Of a stretch of 64,000 nt of DNA, positions 47,348 to 56,829 are shown in pieces (positions within the stretch are counted from its first letter, which is position 1; each line of letters starts with the position of its first letter). Under the pieces are notes generated by a model. The model ran no database searches. It had not been told where the DNA came from and saw only the letters and a program-made list of their open reading frames with translations. Origin of the DNA: an uncultured delta proteobacterium (GTDB lineage: Bacteria > Myxococcota_A > Polyangia > Fen-1088); the NCBI GenBank assembly GCA_963755125.1, contig CAVWIP010000005.1, positions 26,228 through 90,227 of the forward strand. The letters are read 5' to 3'. A program made the position numbers and the translations under genes.

Positions 47348-49579
47348 ATGTCGACAGGGGGTGCTGGCGGTGTGTGTGTCAGCGCCGACTACACGAGCGC
47401 TCTGGCCGAAGCGCGGTCCTTGGCTGCGGCGGATGGCCGGACGGCGGCTTCCCTTGACGTCTTGCTCGGCCTGCTGCGAGCTGGCGGCGCGGCTGCGCGC
47501 TTGCTGGGCGAGCGTGGCATTGGCGCGACGAAGATCGAGGCAGTCGCCCCCAAGTTGCACTGCGAGGCGAATCTCGATCTGGCCGCGCTCGAATGCGAAG
47601 CGCGGGGCATCGCCCAGAGAGTGGGCGCCCATCAGACGTCCTCGCTCCATCTTCTGCTGGCGGTCCTGCGCCTGGGCGGATCAGGCACCGAGGCATTGCG
47701 ACGAACCAGCCACGACCCGGGAAAAGTCAGAGCCCTCGTCCTGCGCGCTCTCACTGGTCCGGGACCCTCGGCCGATCGACGAACCGAGCGCGCACCGCCA
47801 GGACAAGCCGTGGGCGCTGCAGAGGAACACCAGCGTAATCCTGGGGGTGTAGCGCAGGCGGAGGCAATTCCATCCACCCGGGAGAAGATCCCAGAGCCGA
47901 CCCTGGTCTCGCCGGAGCAGTCCTCGTGCGTGACGCCGGAGGAATCCGGCTGGGAACTCCTGCCGCTGGAGTCGCCGCGCACGCCGGTTCTGCACCGGGA
48001 GCGCGAGGTGGGCCGCGTGCTGGATCTTCTACAAGCCAAAACCGCGCGCGTGATCGCCATCGTGGGTGAGCCCGGCTCCGGCCGAACCGCACTGCTGGCG
48101 GCGCTCTCCGCTGCATCGGCGGAGAAGCCGCTCGCGCCTGCCGGAGATCTCGGCGCGCTGCCCTCGCCCGGCGCCCTCTTGCAGTCCCTTCACCGGCGCG
48201 CGCCGCTGTCGTCCCCCATCGTGCTCGACGGGGCGGCATGGCTGGGTCCCGAAGGCAGCGATGGGCCTCTGCAACTCCTATGCACGATGAATGCGGGCCG
48301 CCGATGGGTCATGACCATGACCCCCGCTGATGTGAGACGCATCGAACTTGCCGCGCCCGATCTCGCGACCAGCCTGGAAACTGTCCTGCTGCCATCGCTT
48401 TCGCCCTCGGTTCTGCTGGAAATCGTGGAAGCTGGCCTCGAAGCCATGGCGGAAAACACCGGCGTGGGCTTTGCGCCCGAGGTGTGCGCCGCCCTGGTGC
48501 GTTTGGCGCCTCGCTATCCCAGCGAGCGAGCGCAGCCCGGTCGCGCCCTGGTCATCGCCGAGGTCGCCACGGCCCGCGCCGCCCGTCTCGGCCAAAATAT
48601 GGTCGGCGAAACCGGCGTGGCCGAGGTGGTGGCCGCCGCCGCCGCGGTTCCGGCCAGCCAACTCCTGCGCAACGACGATGATCGCTTTCGCAACCTGGAA
48701 GATCGCCTGCGCGCGCGGGTGGTGGGACACGACGAGGCTCGCAGCAGGATCGCCGCGGCGTTGCGGCGAAGCTATGCGGGATTCCGCGGCCACCGGCCCT
48801 TGGCCTCGTTCCTCCTGCTCGGCCCGACCGGCGTGGGCAAGACGGAAACGGCGCGCGCCATTGCCGAGGCGCTGTTCGACGGCGAGTCGGCCCTGGTGCG
48901 CATCGATCTGTCGGAATACAGCGAGCCCCACGCCGTGGCGCGCCTCATCGGTTCGCCTCCCGGTTATGTGGGTCACGAGAGCGGTGGACAGCTTACCGAA
49001 TCGATTCGCCGCCGGCCGGCCTCGGTGGTGCTGTTCGACGAGATCGAGAAGGCGCACCGAGAGGTGCAACTCGTTCTCCTGCAGATTCTCGAAGACGGGC
49101 GCCTCACCGATGGTCGCGGTCGCACCGTCGATTTCTCGGCCAGCGCCATCGTGATGACCTCGAACCTGGGCAGCGAGTGCTACCGTCGTAGCCGGGTGCC
49201 TGCCGTATCGACCATCCAGGCGTTGGCGCGCTCGCGCCTGCCCCCCGAGCTGTGGAATCGCATCGACGAGGTCCTCTGCTATGCTCCGCTGGCCGAGTCG
49301 GAACTGGGCGCTATCGTCGCGCGCATCGCGGTCGAATCCAGCCGTCGGCTGGACGCCGAACGCGGCATCTCCTTTGAAATCGACGCCAGCGTCGTGGCCC
49401 AGGTCCTCCAGTCCGAGCCCGATCGCAGCCTGGGAGCGCGCCCCTTGCGCCGCGCTTTCGAGCGGCTGGTGGAGAGTCCGCTGGCCACCGAGATCGTGTC
49501 GGGGCGCTTGCGGCGCGGAAGCCGGCTAGGGTTGCATTGCGACGCCAGCGGTCGGCTGCAGACCACCTGCCTGGCATAG
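47348..49579 (+). CDS. ClpA/ClpC-family AAA+ protein with degenerate first ATPase domain
   Basis: Clp-N repeats (LDVLLGLL, SLHLLLAVL); D1 GEPGSGRT / IVLDG; D2 intact GPTGVGKT, RIDLSEY, GSPPGYVG, LFDEIEKAH, GRLTDGRG, GARPLRR. Start uncertain (ATG 47303 is an alternative). Confidence 0.88.
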   Translation: MSTGGAGGVCVSADYTSALAEARSLAAADGRTAASLDVLLGLLRAGGAAARLLGERGIGATKIEAVAPKLHCEANLDLAALECEARGIAQRVGAHQTSSLHLLLAVLRLGGSGTEALRRTSHDPGKVRALVLRALTGPGPSADRRTERAPPGQAVGAAEEHQRNPGGVAQAEAIPSTREKIPEPTLVSPEQSSCVTPEESGWELLPLESPRTPVLHREREVGRVLDLLQAKTARVIAIVGEPGSGRTALLAALSAASAEKPLAPAGDLGALPSPGALLQSLHRRAPLSSPIVLDGAAWLGPEGSDGPLQLLCTMNAGRRWVMTMTPADVRRIELAAPDLATSLETVLLPSLSPSVLLEIVEAGLEAMAENTGVGFAPEVCAALVRLAPRYPSERAQPGRALVIAEVATARAARLGQNMVGETGVAEVVAAAAAVPASQLLRNDDDRFRNLEDRLRARVVGHDEARSRIAAALRRSYAGFRGHRPLASFLLLGPTGVGKTETARAIAEALFDGESALVRIDLSEYSEPHAVARLIGSPPGYVGHESGGQLTESIRRRPASVVLFDEIEKAHREVQLVLLQILEDGRLTDGRGRTVDFSASAIVMTSNLGSECYRRSRVPAVSTIQALARSRLPPELWNRIDEVLCYAPLAESELGAIVARIAVESSRRLDAERGISFEIDASVVAQVLQSEPDRSLGARPLRRAFERLVESPLATEIVSGRLRRGSRLGLHCDASGRLQTTCLA

Positions 49580-49592
49580 GCGCGTGGGGAGC

Positions 49593-49655
49593 CCGCCGGC
49601 TCCGCCGGCGGCGCACCATCGCGGGAGGGCATGGGAACCCTTTCAGGGTTCCCAT
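49593..49655. terminator. Twin hairpins between convergent genes (terminator or REP-like element)
   Basis: CCGCCGGC-tcc-GCCGGCGG (49593-49611) and ATGGGAACCCT-ttc-AGGGTTCCCAT (49631-49655). Confidence 0.6.
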
Positions 49656-49669
49656 ATTCGACGCCGGTA

Positions 49670-50215
49670 CTACTTGGCGTACAGCCCGCGCTCGCGGATG
49701 TAGTCGAGCACGCTGCGGGGAACCAGCCCGTCCACGGTTTCACCGGCACGCAGCCGTGAACGAATCTCGGTCGAGCTGACCGCTGGCATGGCGACAGCCG
49801 ACCTTCCTGCAAGACCACCGCGCCCCACAACCAACAGACGCACCGAGCGCCGTAACTCCTCCGCCCCGTACCACAACGGCAATTCGGGCTCCAGGTCCGC
49901 GCCGATGACCAGCAGAAATTCATGCTCCGGGTGACGCGCCTGAAGGCCCTTGATGGTCAGGAGGGTCGGGCTCTCCTCTCCGCCCAGCTGAGCCTCGACG
50001 TCGCTGACACGCACGCGCGAACCCAAAGCAGCGGCTGCCAGTTCGCACATGCGCAGGCGATCGGCAAACGCCAGCAACGCCTTGTCAAAAGGATGTTTCC
50101 AGCAAGGCACGAACCACAACTCGTCCACTGCGGCCGTTTCCAGCACGTAGAGCGCGACCAACTGGTGCCCGACATGCGGCGGATTGAAGCTGCCGCCGAA
50201 GATTGCCACCCGCAT
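49670..50215 (-). CDS. nadD: Nicotinate-nucleotide adenylyltransferase
   Basis: FGGSFNPPHVGH, LVIGAD, W, VSSTEIR, VPRSVLDYIRERGLY. Confidence 0.95.
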   Translation of the reverse strand: MRVAIFGGSFNPPHVGHQLVALYVLETAAVDELWFVPCWKHPFDKALLAFADRLRMCELAAAALGSRVRVSDVEAQLGGEESPTLLTIKGLQARHPEHEFLLVIGADLEPELPLWYGAEELRRSVRLLVVGRGGLAGRSAVAMPAVSSTEIRSRLRAGETVDGLVPRSVLDYIRERGLYAK

Positions 50216-50265
50216 GGGGTGAACCTACCTCAGATTGTCGTCGGCCGGGAGATCCAGAAACGGCG

Positions 50266-51468
50266 TCATGGGTAGAGCAAGAACGGCTGCCGCTGCTCCG
50301 AGAATTGACGCTGGGCCGGCAACCAGGTCGCCTCCAGCTCCGCCAGCAGCTGGCCACGTTCGATGCCAGTGCGAATGGCATCGCTGCCGGTGAGAAGATC
50401 GATGGCCATCCGGTCCGACACGAACTCATAGGGTTCGCTGCGCCAGCGAAAGGCCTCACCGCAAACAGCGAACAATTCGCGCAAGATGGCGACGCCGCAG
50501 CGATAGGGCTCGAAAAGTACGCGATCAGTGACGTGAACCTGGATCCCGCCGCAGACCCGGCCGGCGAACTTGTGAAAGGTGGGGCGGAACCACAGCGGAC
50601 GAAAGACCACACCGCTAAGTCTGTGGCTGGCCAGCCGTTCGGCCAGGCGAGGCCCGTCGACGAATGGCGCGCCAATGATCTCGAAGGGCCGGGTGGTGCC
50701 CCTGCCCTCGGACACGTTGGTGCCCTCGATGAGGCAAAGGCCGGGGTAGACGAACGCCGTGTCCACAGTGGGCATGTTGGGCGACGGCATGACCCAGGGC
50801 AGAGCAGTCGCATCGAAGAAGTCGCGACGCCGCCAGCCCCGCATGGGCACCACGGTCAGGTCCAGATCGAGAGGTGCGGCGAAGCGTGGCCCGCCCCACG
50901 GAATCCCGGCCCGCACCAGTTGCGCGACCTCGGCGATGGTCAGACCGTGACGGACCGGCAACGACGCCAGGCCCACGAAGGATTCGTACCCCGGTGCGAC
51001 CTCCCCGCCTTCAATGGCGCTGCCGCCGATGGGATTGGGCCGATCAAGGACCACCACGGCCACGCCAGCACGGGCCGCAGCCTGCATGCTGAGCGCCATG
51101 GTCCAGATGAAGGTGTAGTAGCGGCTGCCGATGTCCTGCAGGTCGACGAGCAAGACGTCGCTGTCGGCCAGAGCCTCCTGGCTCGGCTGCAGCGATTCCA
51201 GCGATTGGCCGTAGAGGCTGCTGACCGCTATCCCGCTGGGCCCATCGCGCCCGCCATCGACGCTGACCATGTCCTGCGCCTCGCCCCGCACACCGTGCTC
51301 GGGCCCGAACAGGCGCACCGGACGCACGCCAGCCGCCACGAGACGATCAACCACGTGGACGAGCCGTGCGTCGACGCTGGCGGGATGGCAGAGCACGCTG
51401 ACACGCCGGCCGCGGCACAGGTCGAGCCTCTCGGCGCAAAGAACATCAAGACCAGAAGCGACTGCCAT
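50266..51468 (-). CDS. namZ: Exo-beta-N-acetylmuramidase NamZ family (DUF1343)
   Basis: LFGPEHGVRG, SLYG, DLQDIGSRYYT, LDRPNP, RHGLTIAE, PSPNMP, SEGRGTTRPFE. Confidence 0.92.
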   Translation of the reverse strand: MAVASGLDVLCAERLDLCRGRRVSVLCHPASVDARLVHVVDRLVAAGVRPVRLFGPEHGVRGEAQDMVSVDGGRDGPSGIAVSSLYGQSLESLQPSQEALADSDVLLVDLQDIGSRYYTFIWTMALSMQAAARAGVAVVVLDRPNPIGGSAIEGGEVAPGYESFVGLASLPVRHGLTIAEVAQLVRAGIPWGGPRFAAPLDLDLTVVPMRGWRRRDFFDATALPWVMPSPNMPTVDTAFVYPGLCLIEGTNVSEGRGTTRPFEIIGAPFVDGPRLAERLASHRLSGVVFRPLWFRPTFHKFAGRVCGGIQVHVTDRVLFEPYRCGVAILRELFAVCGEAFRWRSEPYEFVSDRMAIDLLTGSDAIRTGIERGQLLAELEATWLPAQRQFSEQRQPFLLYP

Positions 51469-51531
51469 GGCTGCCCGTCTTCTCCGGCTCTGCAGCCTCC
51501 CCTCTCACCTGTCGGTTGCGGCGACAGGCAG

Positions 51532-52995
51532 CTACGCGATCTTGACGGGCTTGAACCAGATCTCGCCGCCCTGGTTCACGAGCTGGTAGCGCACGCTCTT
51601 GCACTCCCACTTCTCGCGAAGTCCCGCCTCCGCCAAGCTGAGCTTGGCCATGAAAGCCTGCACGCTGAGCCCCCCAGCGGGCTTCCCGCTCGCACGCAAG
51701 GCATTGACGTATTCATTGAAGAGCCTCGGGTAGTAGGCCGCCTCGCTTTCCTGGGCCAAAGCCGCAACCGTCGCAGGCGACGCCGTGCCTTCGCTGTTGT
51801 CAATGCTCATGAGGTCGGCCTTCCAGCGCTTGCCGGCCTCTTCCTCCTCTTCCTCCTCGACCGCCTCTTCGTTGGGCTCCTCCCGTCCGAGCAGACGGGC
51901 CAGCATGACGTTGAGGCTGTTTGAAAGTCCCTCGAAATCAGGGCCCACCGGCTTGAAGGTGTAGTCGATGTTGGTATTGATGATCTCCGCGACGCCCAGT
52001 TCGATCTTATCAAGCGGCCCGATGAACCGGCGGGCGGTCATGGCCGCGGTAGCCAACGCGACGATCACCGCAAGCAGGCCGAGCAAGAGAACCTTCATCC
52101 CTTCCGACTGCACCCGGCTCATGCCTTCGGTCAGTGAGGCGAGGACGGCGAACCCGCTGGTCTTGTCGGCGAAGTTCCCCGGCATGGGCGCCGCTACCAC
52201 GGCGTAGTCGCGGCCTTCCAGGAACCAATGCGCCACAGGCGTGGGCGCGCCGCTGGAAAGCGCCGCCGCCGCCAGCTTCTGGTCGGAGAACAAGAAGTTG
52301 CTGAGAGCCTGGGTCTTGGTCACATCTTCCTTTGAAGGGTCGCTGGCGGACACGAAGCTCGAGGTGTGGACCTTGTCCGCATGAAAATATCCGATTTCCG
52401 TTCCCAGCAGATCGCGGTTCTCCTGCGCGGTCTTGGCGCTCACCACCCACGCGACCAGTATGGCCCCGACGATGGTGCTGTCAGGCCGGGTAATCGGGGC
52501 GACCGCCACGACATGCACCCCTCCGTCTCGCCACGTCCAGATGTCCTTGACGGCAATTCCCTTGAGTGCCTGCGCAACCGCCGGGTACTTGGCCCGCAGA
52601 TCCTCGCCGTAGTCGGCGTTGGGGTTCAGGTTACGCGCGATAATCTTCCCGGTAGAATTTAAGATGGCCAGGATGTCAGCCTTGCGCTTTTCTTTCTCCA
52701 GGTTCCCATTCAATTTCTCGCACTCATCGAACGCCGCCTGGCGCAAGGCTGTCTCGTCGGTCTTGTCGAACACGGCAACCACCGCGGGTGTGCGGCCAAG
52801 CTCAGCGGCAAGATTGGCCAGATCCAGGCTCACCAATCGACTGATGTCCTGGTAGACCCGCTGGACTCGAGAGGCCTTGGCCTCAGCATCCTGGGTGGCA
52901 GCCGCCTTCATGTCCGATGTGACCCTCAGGAAGAAGAATACCGTTGCAACCAAGATGACTGCCGCGGCGATCAGTCCAATTCTGATGCGATACAT
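51532..52995 (-). CDS. Membrane sensor-like protein (TM-Cache-like-TM-HAMP-like) with MXAN_5187-type C-terminal domain
   Basis: From ATG 52995 (GAGG RBS): two TMs flanking a Cache-like region (YPAVAQALKG..VVAVAPI), HAMP-like PLDKIELG..LSNSLN, acidic linker, C-terminal LFNEYVNA..SVRYQLVNQGGEIWFKP. Family name is from recall. Confidence 0.75.
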   Translation of the reverse strand: MYRIRIGLIAAAVILVATVFFFLRVTSDMKAAATQDAEAKASRVQRVYQDISRLVSLDLANLAAELGRTPAVVAVFDKTDETALRQAAFDECEKLNGNLEKEKRKADILAILNSTGKIIARNLNPNADYGEDLRAKYPAVAQALKGIAVKDIWTWRDGGVHVVAVAPITRPDSTIVGAILVAWVVSAKTAQENRDLLGTEIGYFHADKVHTSSFVSASDPSKEDVTKTQALSNFLFSDQKLAAAALSSGAPTPVAHWFLEGRDYAVVAAPMPGNFADKTSGFAVLASLTEGMSRVQSEGMKVLLLGLLAVIVALATAAMTARRFIGPLDKIELGVAEIINTNIDYTFKPVGPDFEGLSNSLNVMLARLLGREEPNEEAVEEEEEEEAGKRWKADLMSIDNSEGTASPATVAALAQESEAAYYPRLFNEYVNALRASGKPAGGLSVQAFMAKLSLAEAGLREKWECKSVRYQLVNQGGEIWFKPVKIA

Positions 52996-53225
52996 GTGGT
53001 TCCTCGGGCTGGCTGGGGTGGAGTGATGAGGCACGCCTCGTCAGAACACAACAAAGCGCACGACGAGCGCCGGGGGGGATTATCAGCACCTGGCATGAGG
53101 GCAGTCAAGACGAGGGTCTGCGATAGCGGTCTTGTCTGATGGAACCCGACTCCGCCCTCCTTCACCTCGACGGCCGCCAGTTCCTGAGTCCTTGGGCAGT
53201 CTCTCGACGGGCTCCACGTGAAAAT

Positions 53226-53258
53226 TTGACAAGACACGCCCTTTGACCTACATGTAGG
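53226..53258 (+). promoter_or_regulatory. Putative promoter/operator of the PilZ gene
   Basis: Perfect TTGACA at 53226-53231; perfect 12-bp palindrome CCTACATGTAGG at 53247-53258 over the expected -10 position. Confidence 0.45.
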
Positions 53259-53262
53259 AATT

Positions 53263-53625
53263 ATGCATACCCAATCGCGCGCGCCCGAACCGTCGTCGAG
53301 AACTGGCGACCGCGACCGTCGAAGTGAACGGCGCCTAAAGGTGGACCTTCTCGTCAATCGCTTCTTGAACGGCTATCCCTACCTCTGTCGGGCCGTGAAC
53401 ATCAGCCGGACCGGCATGCGTGTGCTGCCGCTGGGTGAGCCCGCCGTCGCCACGCAATTCATGGGCCTGCAGTTTCAGCTTCCCGGCAGCGAGGAGGTCG
53501 TCACCGCGTCGGGCGAGGCTGTGTCCGCATCCGGTTCACGCGGGCCCGTGGGGATTCGCTTCACGCGCATGCCACCGGCCTCGGCAGAACACATCGGCCG
53601 CTTTGTCGTCGGCGGGCGTGAGTAG
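53263..53625 (+). CDS. PilZ domain protein
   Basis: RRSER (RxxxR), NISRTG ([DN]xSxxG), LQFQLPG, GIRF. Confidence 0.88.
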   Translation: MHTQSRAPEPSSRTGDRDRRSERRLKVDLLVNRFLNGYPYLCRAVNISRTGMRVLPLGEPAVATQFMGLQFQLPGSEEVVTASGEAVSASGSRGPVGIRFTRMPPASAEHIGRFVVGGRE

Positions 53626-53790
53626 CGTTCAGCTCTCGACCCACGCGTCCCCGGCCCGTCTCGACGGCGTCGCGATTCTTGCACGCTACCCACTTTCAAT
53701 TTCTGTGGGTTTGGTGGTAGTGGTGCTAGGACTACGGACTTGCAATCAGCCACCTCGCCACGGCGGGATTCCGCCCCAGCGAGTCTATAC

Positions 53791-53832
53791 TTGACAGGTC
53801 CAGCCTAACCTCGCTCATATCTGCTCATATCT
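53791..53832 (+). promoter_or_regulatory. Putative promoter with a tandem 10-bp direct repeat
   Basis: TTGACA at 53791-53796; GCTCATATCT twice at 53813-53832. Confidence 0.4.
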
Positions 53833-53895
53833 TGGGCCATCCCCGCGGGAGTACCCGGGAGGCAGCACCAAAGCCACCACGCACGGAGATACGCC

Positions 53896-55089
53896 TTGGA
53901 GCAACCGAAGAAGCCCGGTCCCGGAAAGGACATCGCAGACCTCAAAGCCCGCCTCGGCCTGGCCAAGGGCCCCGCCGTCGCGCCACCTCGGCCCGGCGTT
54001 CCGCCGGTCCCTGGCCCTGGCCCGAGCGCCATTCCCAACCCGCTCGCGCCACCGCCACCGCCGCCGACGCCTTTTGCGCCACCGCCACCCACGTTTGCCG
54101 CGCCTGCTGCGGCGCCCAGGTTCGACGATCCCTTCGCGGCGATGCGACCACCCGAGGGCAAGCACTTTGACCTGCGGTCGGTCGACGACGGCAGGCCGGC
54201 CGTCAGTGTGCGGCGTACGGCCAGTGTCGCCGCGCTCATCATCTTTATTATCGGCGTCCTGGTGGCCGGCGCGGTCGGCTTTGGATTTGGCGCGTCTGCC
54301 GTAGGCCGCCGCATGTTCAACCAGGCCAACTTCGGCGCCAAGCGGGTGAAGGCCGAGCTGGACGACATGCAGAAGACCATCACCGAGATCACCACGAAGG
54401 TGAACTTGAGCTCACAGCGGCTGGCGGCCAACAAGCAAGATCCGCTCGCCTTCGACTACAAGCTGATTGAAGATCTGGAGCAGGTGAAGCTGGATCCGCG
54501 CCCTGATACCTCGCGCATCTTCAAGGTCAACTACTACCTGCTCGAGGATTTGGCCATCGATCGCCTGATGAACTACTACTACGACACCATCGCACTGTTT
54601 GGCGAGGTCGAGCGCCACATCAAGCGGACCAAGGCCGATAAGAGCGTTCTCGAAGCCTTTGCTGCCAAGCAGGCTGCCAAGGGCGGCGAGGAGCCTGGCA
54701 AGCAGGTGAACTATGGCGTGGTGTTCGATTCGCGCGGCAAGCTGGCCATCGCCAGCTTGGTCGAGGTGGGCAAGCCGGTGTGCAAGGGCGGTGCGGAGAA
54801 CTGTGCCGCCGCAGACATCGAGGGTTTCATGATCCGGTCCAACACCGGCGCCAACTGGACACCGCGCAAGGTTGGCCCCAAGCCCGAGGGCGACAAGATG
54901 GTGCCCATCGAGAAGACGCCGCTGTTCGATGCGGTCATGAACGGATCGCCGGATCAGGTCCGCATGGAGCAGTACAAACAGCGCTACAACAGCATTCGGA
55001 TCATTCTGCAGCGTCTAGCCGCTACAAAGAAAGAGCTGGGAGACGCCATCGACAAGGCGGCCGCCCGGCCCGATCTGTTCACGCTGTAG
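53896..55089 (+). CDS. Hypothetical bitopic membrane protein (Pro-rich cytoplasmic N-terminus, coiled-coil periplasmic domain)
   Basis: TTG start with GGAG RBS; KDIADLKARLG, Pro-rich tract, TM ALIIFIIGVLVAGAVGFGFG, heptads; host-like codon bias. Confidence 0.8.
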   Translation: MEQPKKPGPGKDIADLKARLGLAKGPAVAPPRPGVPPVPGPGPSAIPNPLAPPPPPPTPFAPPPPTFAAPAAAPRFDDPFAAMRPPEGKHFDLRSVDDGRPAVSVRRTASVAALIIFIIGVLVAGAVGFGFGASAVGRRMFNQANFGAKRVKAELDDMQKTITEITTKVNLSSQRLAANKQDPLAFDYKLIEDLEQVKLDPRPDTSRIFKVNYYLLEDLAIDRLMNYYYDTIALFGEVERHIKRTKADKSVLEAFAAKQAAKGGEEPGKQVNYGVVFDSRGKLAIASLVEVGKPVCKGGAENCAAADIEGFMIRSNTGANWTPRKVGPKPEGDKMVPIEKTPLFDAVMNGSPDQVRMEQYKQRYNSIRIILQRLAATKKELGDAIDKAAARPDLFTL

Positions 55090-55094
55090 CCTAT

Positions 55095-55128
55095 CGCCGG
55101 ATCCGGGACCCGGGACCGGATGCCGGTG
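55095..55128 (+). terminator. Hairpin downstream of the 53896-55089 gene
   Basis: CGCCGG-ATCCGG...CCGGAT-GCCGGTG inverted repeat immediately after the stop; only a weak T-tract. Confidence 0.4.
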
Positions 55129-55469
55129 GGATCTGTTCCTTCGCGTATTCGCGTTGCGAGTCAGTCGTGTCCTGAAGCCGATTGCGAGCCCGGATTGAGG
55201 CGTCTTGGTATTTGTCTCTCCAACACTCATATGCAGCGATCGCTGAGCGCAGATCGCCAGTCTGGGTTGCTGCTTTCGATCGAGACTGGCACCCTCTCGC
55301 CGTGCGACGCTCAAACGCCTACATCCAGATGGCTCCTGCACGCGGCCGTGCTGGTCCCGCCACGGGCCGACTGCACCGTAGAGAGCGACAGTCGCGGGTA
55401 TCTTTTTGCTACGTCCAGATCACCAAAGCTGCGGAGGCGCGGGCTGAACGTCCACGGGGTTCTTGGTCA

Positions 55470-56829
55470 GCCGGACGTTCCAATCGGTGGCACTGGCGGC
55501 GGTCTCGGTACGGGCGGCTAGGGGGTGGTGGCAGTGGCGGGAGGGACGTAAGTAGGAGCGCCAGCGTCGACAGCGCGACAGATGGCAGCGGGAGCGACGG
55601 CAGCCCCGACATCCCTCCGGATGCCCCGACGGTTCCCCCGGATGCATCGCTCTTGCCCATCGACGCAACGTGTTCAGCTAACAGCGACTGTGCCCATGGC
55701 AACTGCGTGGATGGTGTTTGCTGCAACAGTGCATGTCGCCTGCCCTGTTACTCCTGCTTGGGCAGCAAGACCCAAGGCAAAGATGGCACATGCGCTGCAG
55801 CGGAGGCTTTGGCGACTTGTGGAACTGGATCGGTCTGCGTTGGCGGCAACTGCATTGCCTGCGCCCAAGGCAATCCCTGCAATACCGCTAATCCTTGCCA
55901 GACGGGAACGATTTCCTGCACGACTGGAGTATCCCAGTGCATCGCCAACGGGAACCAGCAAGACGGAACTGTGTGCGCTCCTGGACCAAGCTGTTCGAAC
56001 GGTAGTTTCACCGCCCAATCAAAGTGCTCCCAATGGAGTGTGCGTGACCCCATTGCCGACGGCATGTCCATAAGGCTGTAACTCCTCCGCTCAGCCGCCG
56101 GCCTGCAGCACAACTTGTACCGGGGCTACGAGCTTTTGCTCAACGGCATGCGTCAATCTAGCTGACTACGCGAACAACTGCGGCTCCTGTGCACACGGTT
56201 GCCTTGCAGGAACGTGCCTCTCCGGACAGTGCCAGCCCATGATTGTCACTGGAAATCTGGATGCAAGCCCGACCGTCATTGGGGTTGATGCCCAGACTCT
56301 GTATTTCTCGACCTATGATTCTCCCCCCTACTCGTCTGCGTTCAGCATCACCAAGACCGCGTTGAGTGGACCAGCAACGTCGATATCCACAGGACTGAAC
56401 GCTTCGTTCAGTGGGGTCATAGGAAATACACCCTTCTACTCAGTGTTCCAAGGCTTCGAGGGAAGTTGCACTATCGGCGAGTGCTCCTCGACGGAGAATG
56501 CCCTGCCCAGCCCCCAGAGACTCATTCCATTCAGTAGTCCGTCCCCCCAGTATTTCTCAGAATACGATCTGACCACCACCCCCTCTGCCACGATATCGAT
56601 TAGCTGGTACACGACGGGCAACACGCTCAATTCGACCTATTCCGAGCCCACGGATAGCATTACCAGTTATTCATCGTTCTTCGCCTACGGCGACAGCGTG
56701 TACTGGATTAGCTATTACACCGACACTGGCGGCGTTTTTCATAGTTTTGGGCTCTACACTACAAGTCGTACCGGCCTCTCAAAAGCGCAGTTGGCCGGCT
56801 CATTAACCCAGAACACGAGTATTGTGTGA
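55470..56829 (+). pseudogene. Disrupted Cys-rich surface protein (myxobacterial Cys repeats, STIG1-like motif, truncated beta-propeller)
   Basis: Gly-rich linker broken near 55520; CSANSDCAHGNCVDGVCCNSAC; extra C at 56029-56031 shifts KCS-NGVC; in-frame TAA at 56071-56073 within CP*GC; reading continues CVNLADYANNCGSCAHGC into track ORF 56239..56829; 5' end not identifiable. Confidence 0.7.

Noticed and set aside
43248..51924. Long antisense ORFs 43248..44969 and 50203..51924
   Set aside because: Shadows of the FAD oxidoreductase and namZ genes on the opposite strand.
53705..53765. tRNA-like look (GGACTTGCAATC)
   Set aside because: No T-loop GTTCRA, poor anticodon stem and no acceptor stem or CCA.
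56071..56073. In-frame stop as programmed readthrough or recoding
   Set aside because: It is TAA (not Sec/Pyl) and is accompanied by frameshifts, so decay is the simpler explanation.
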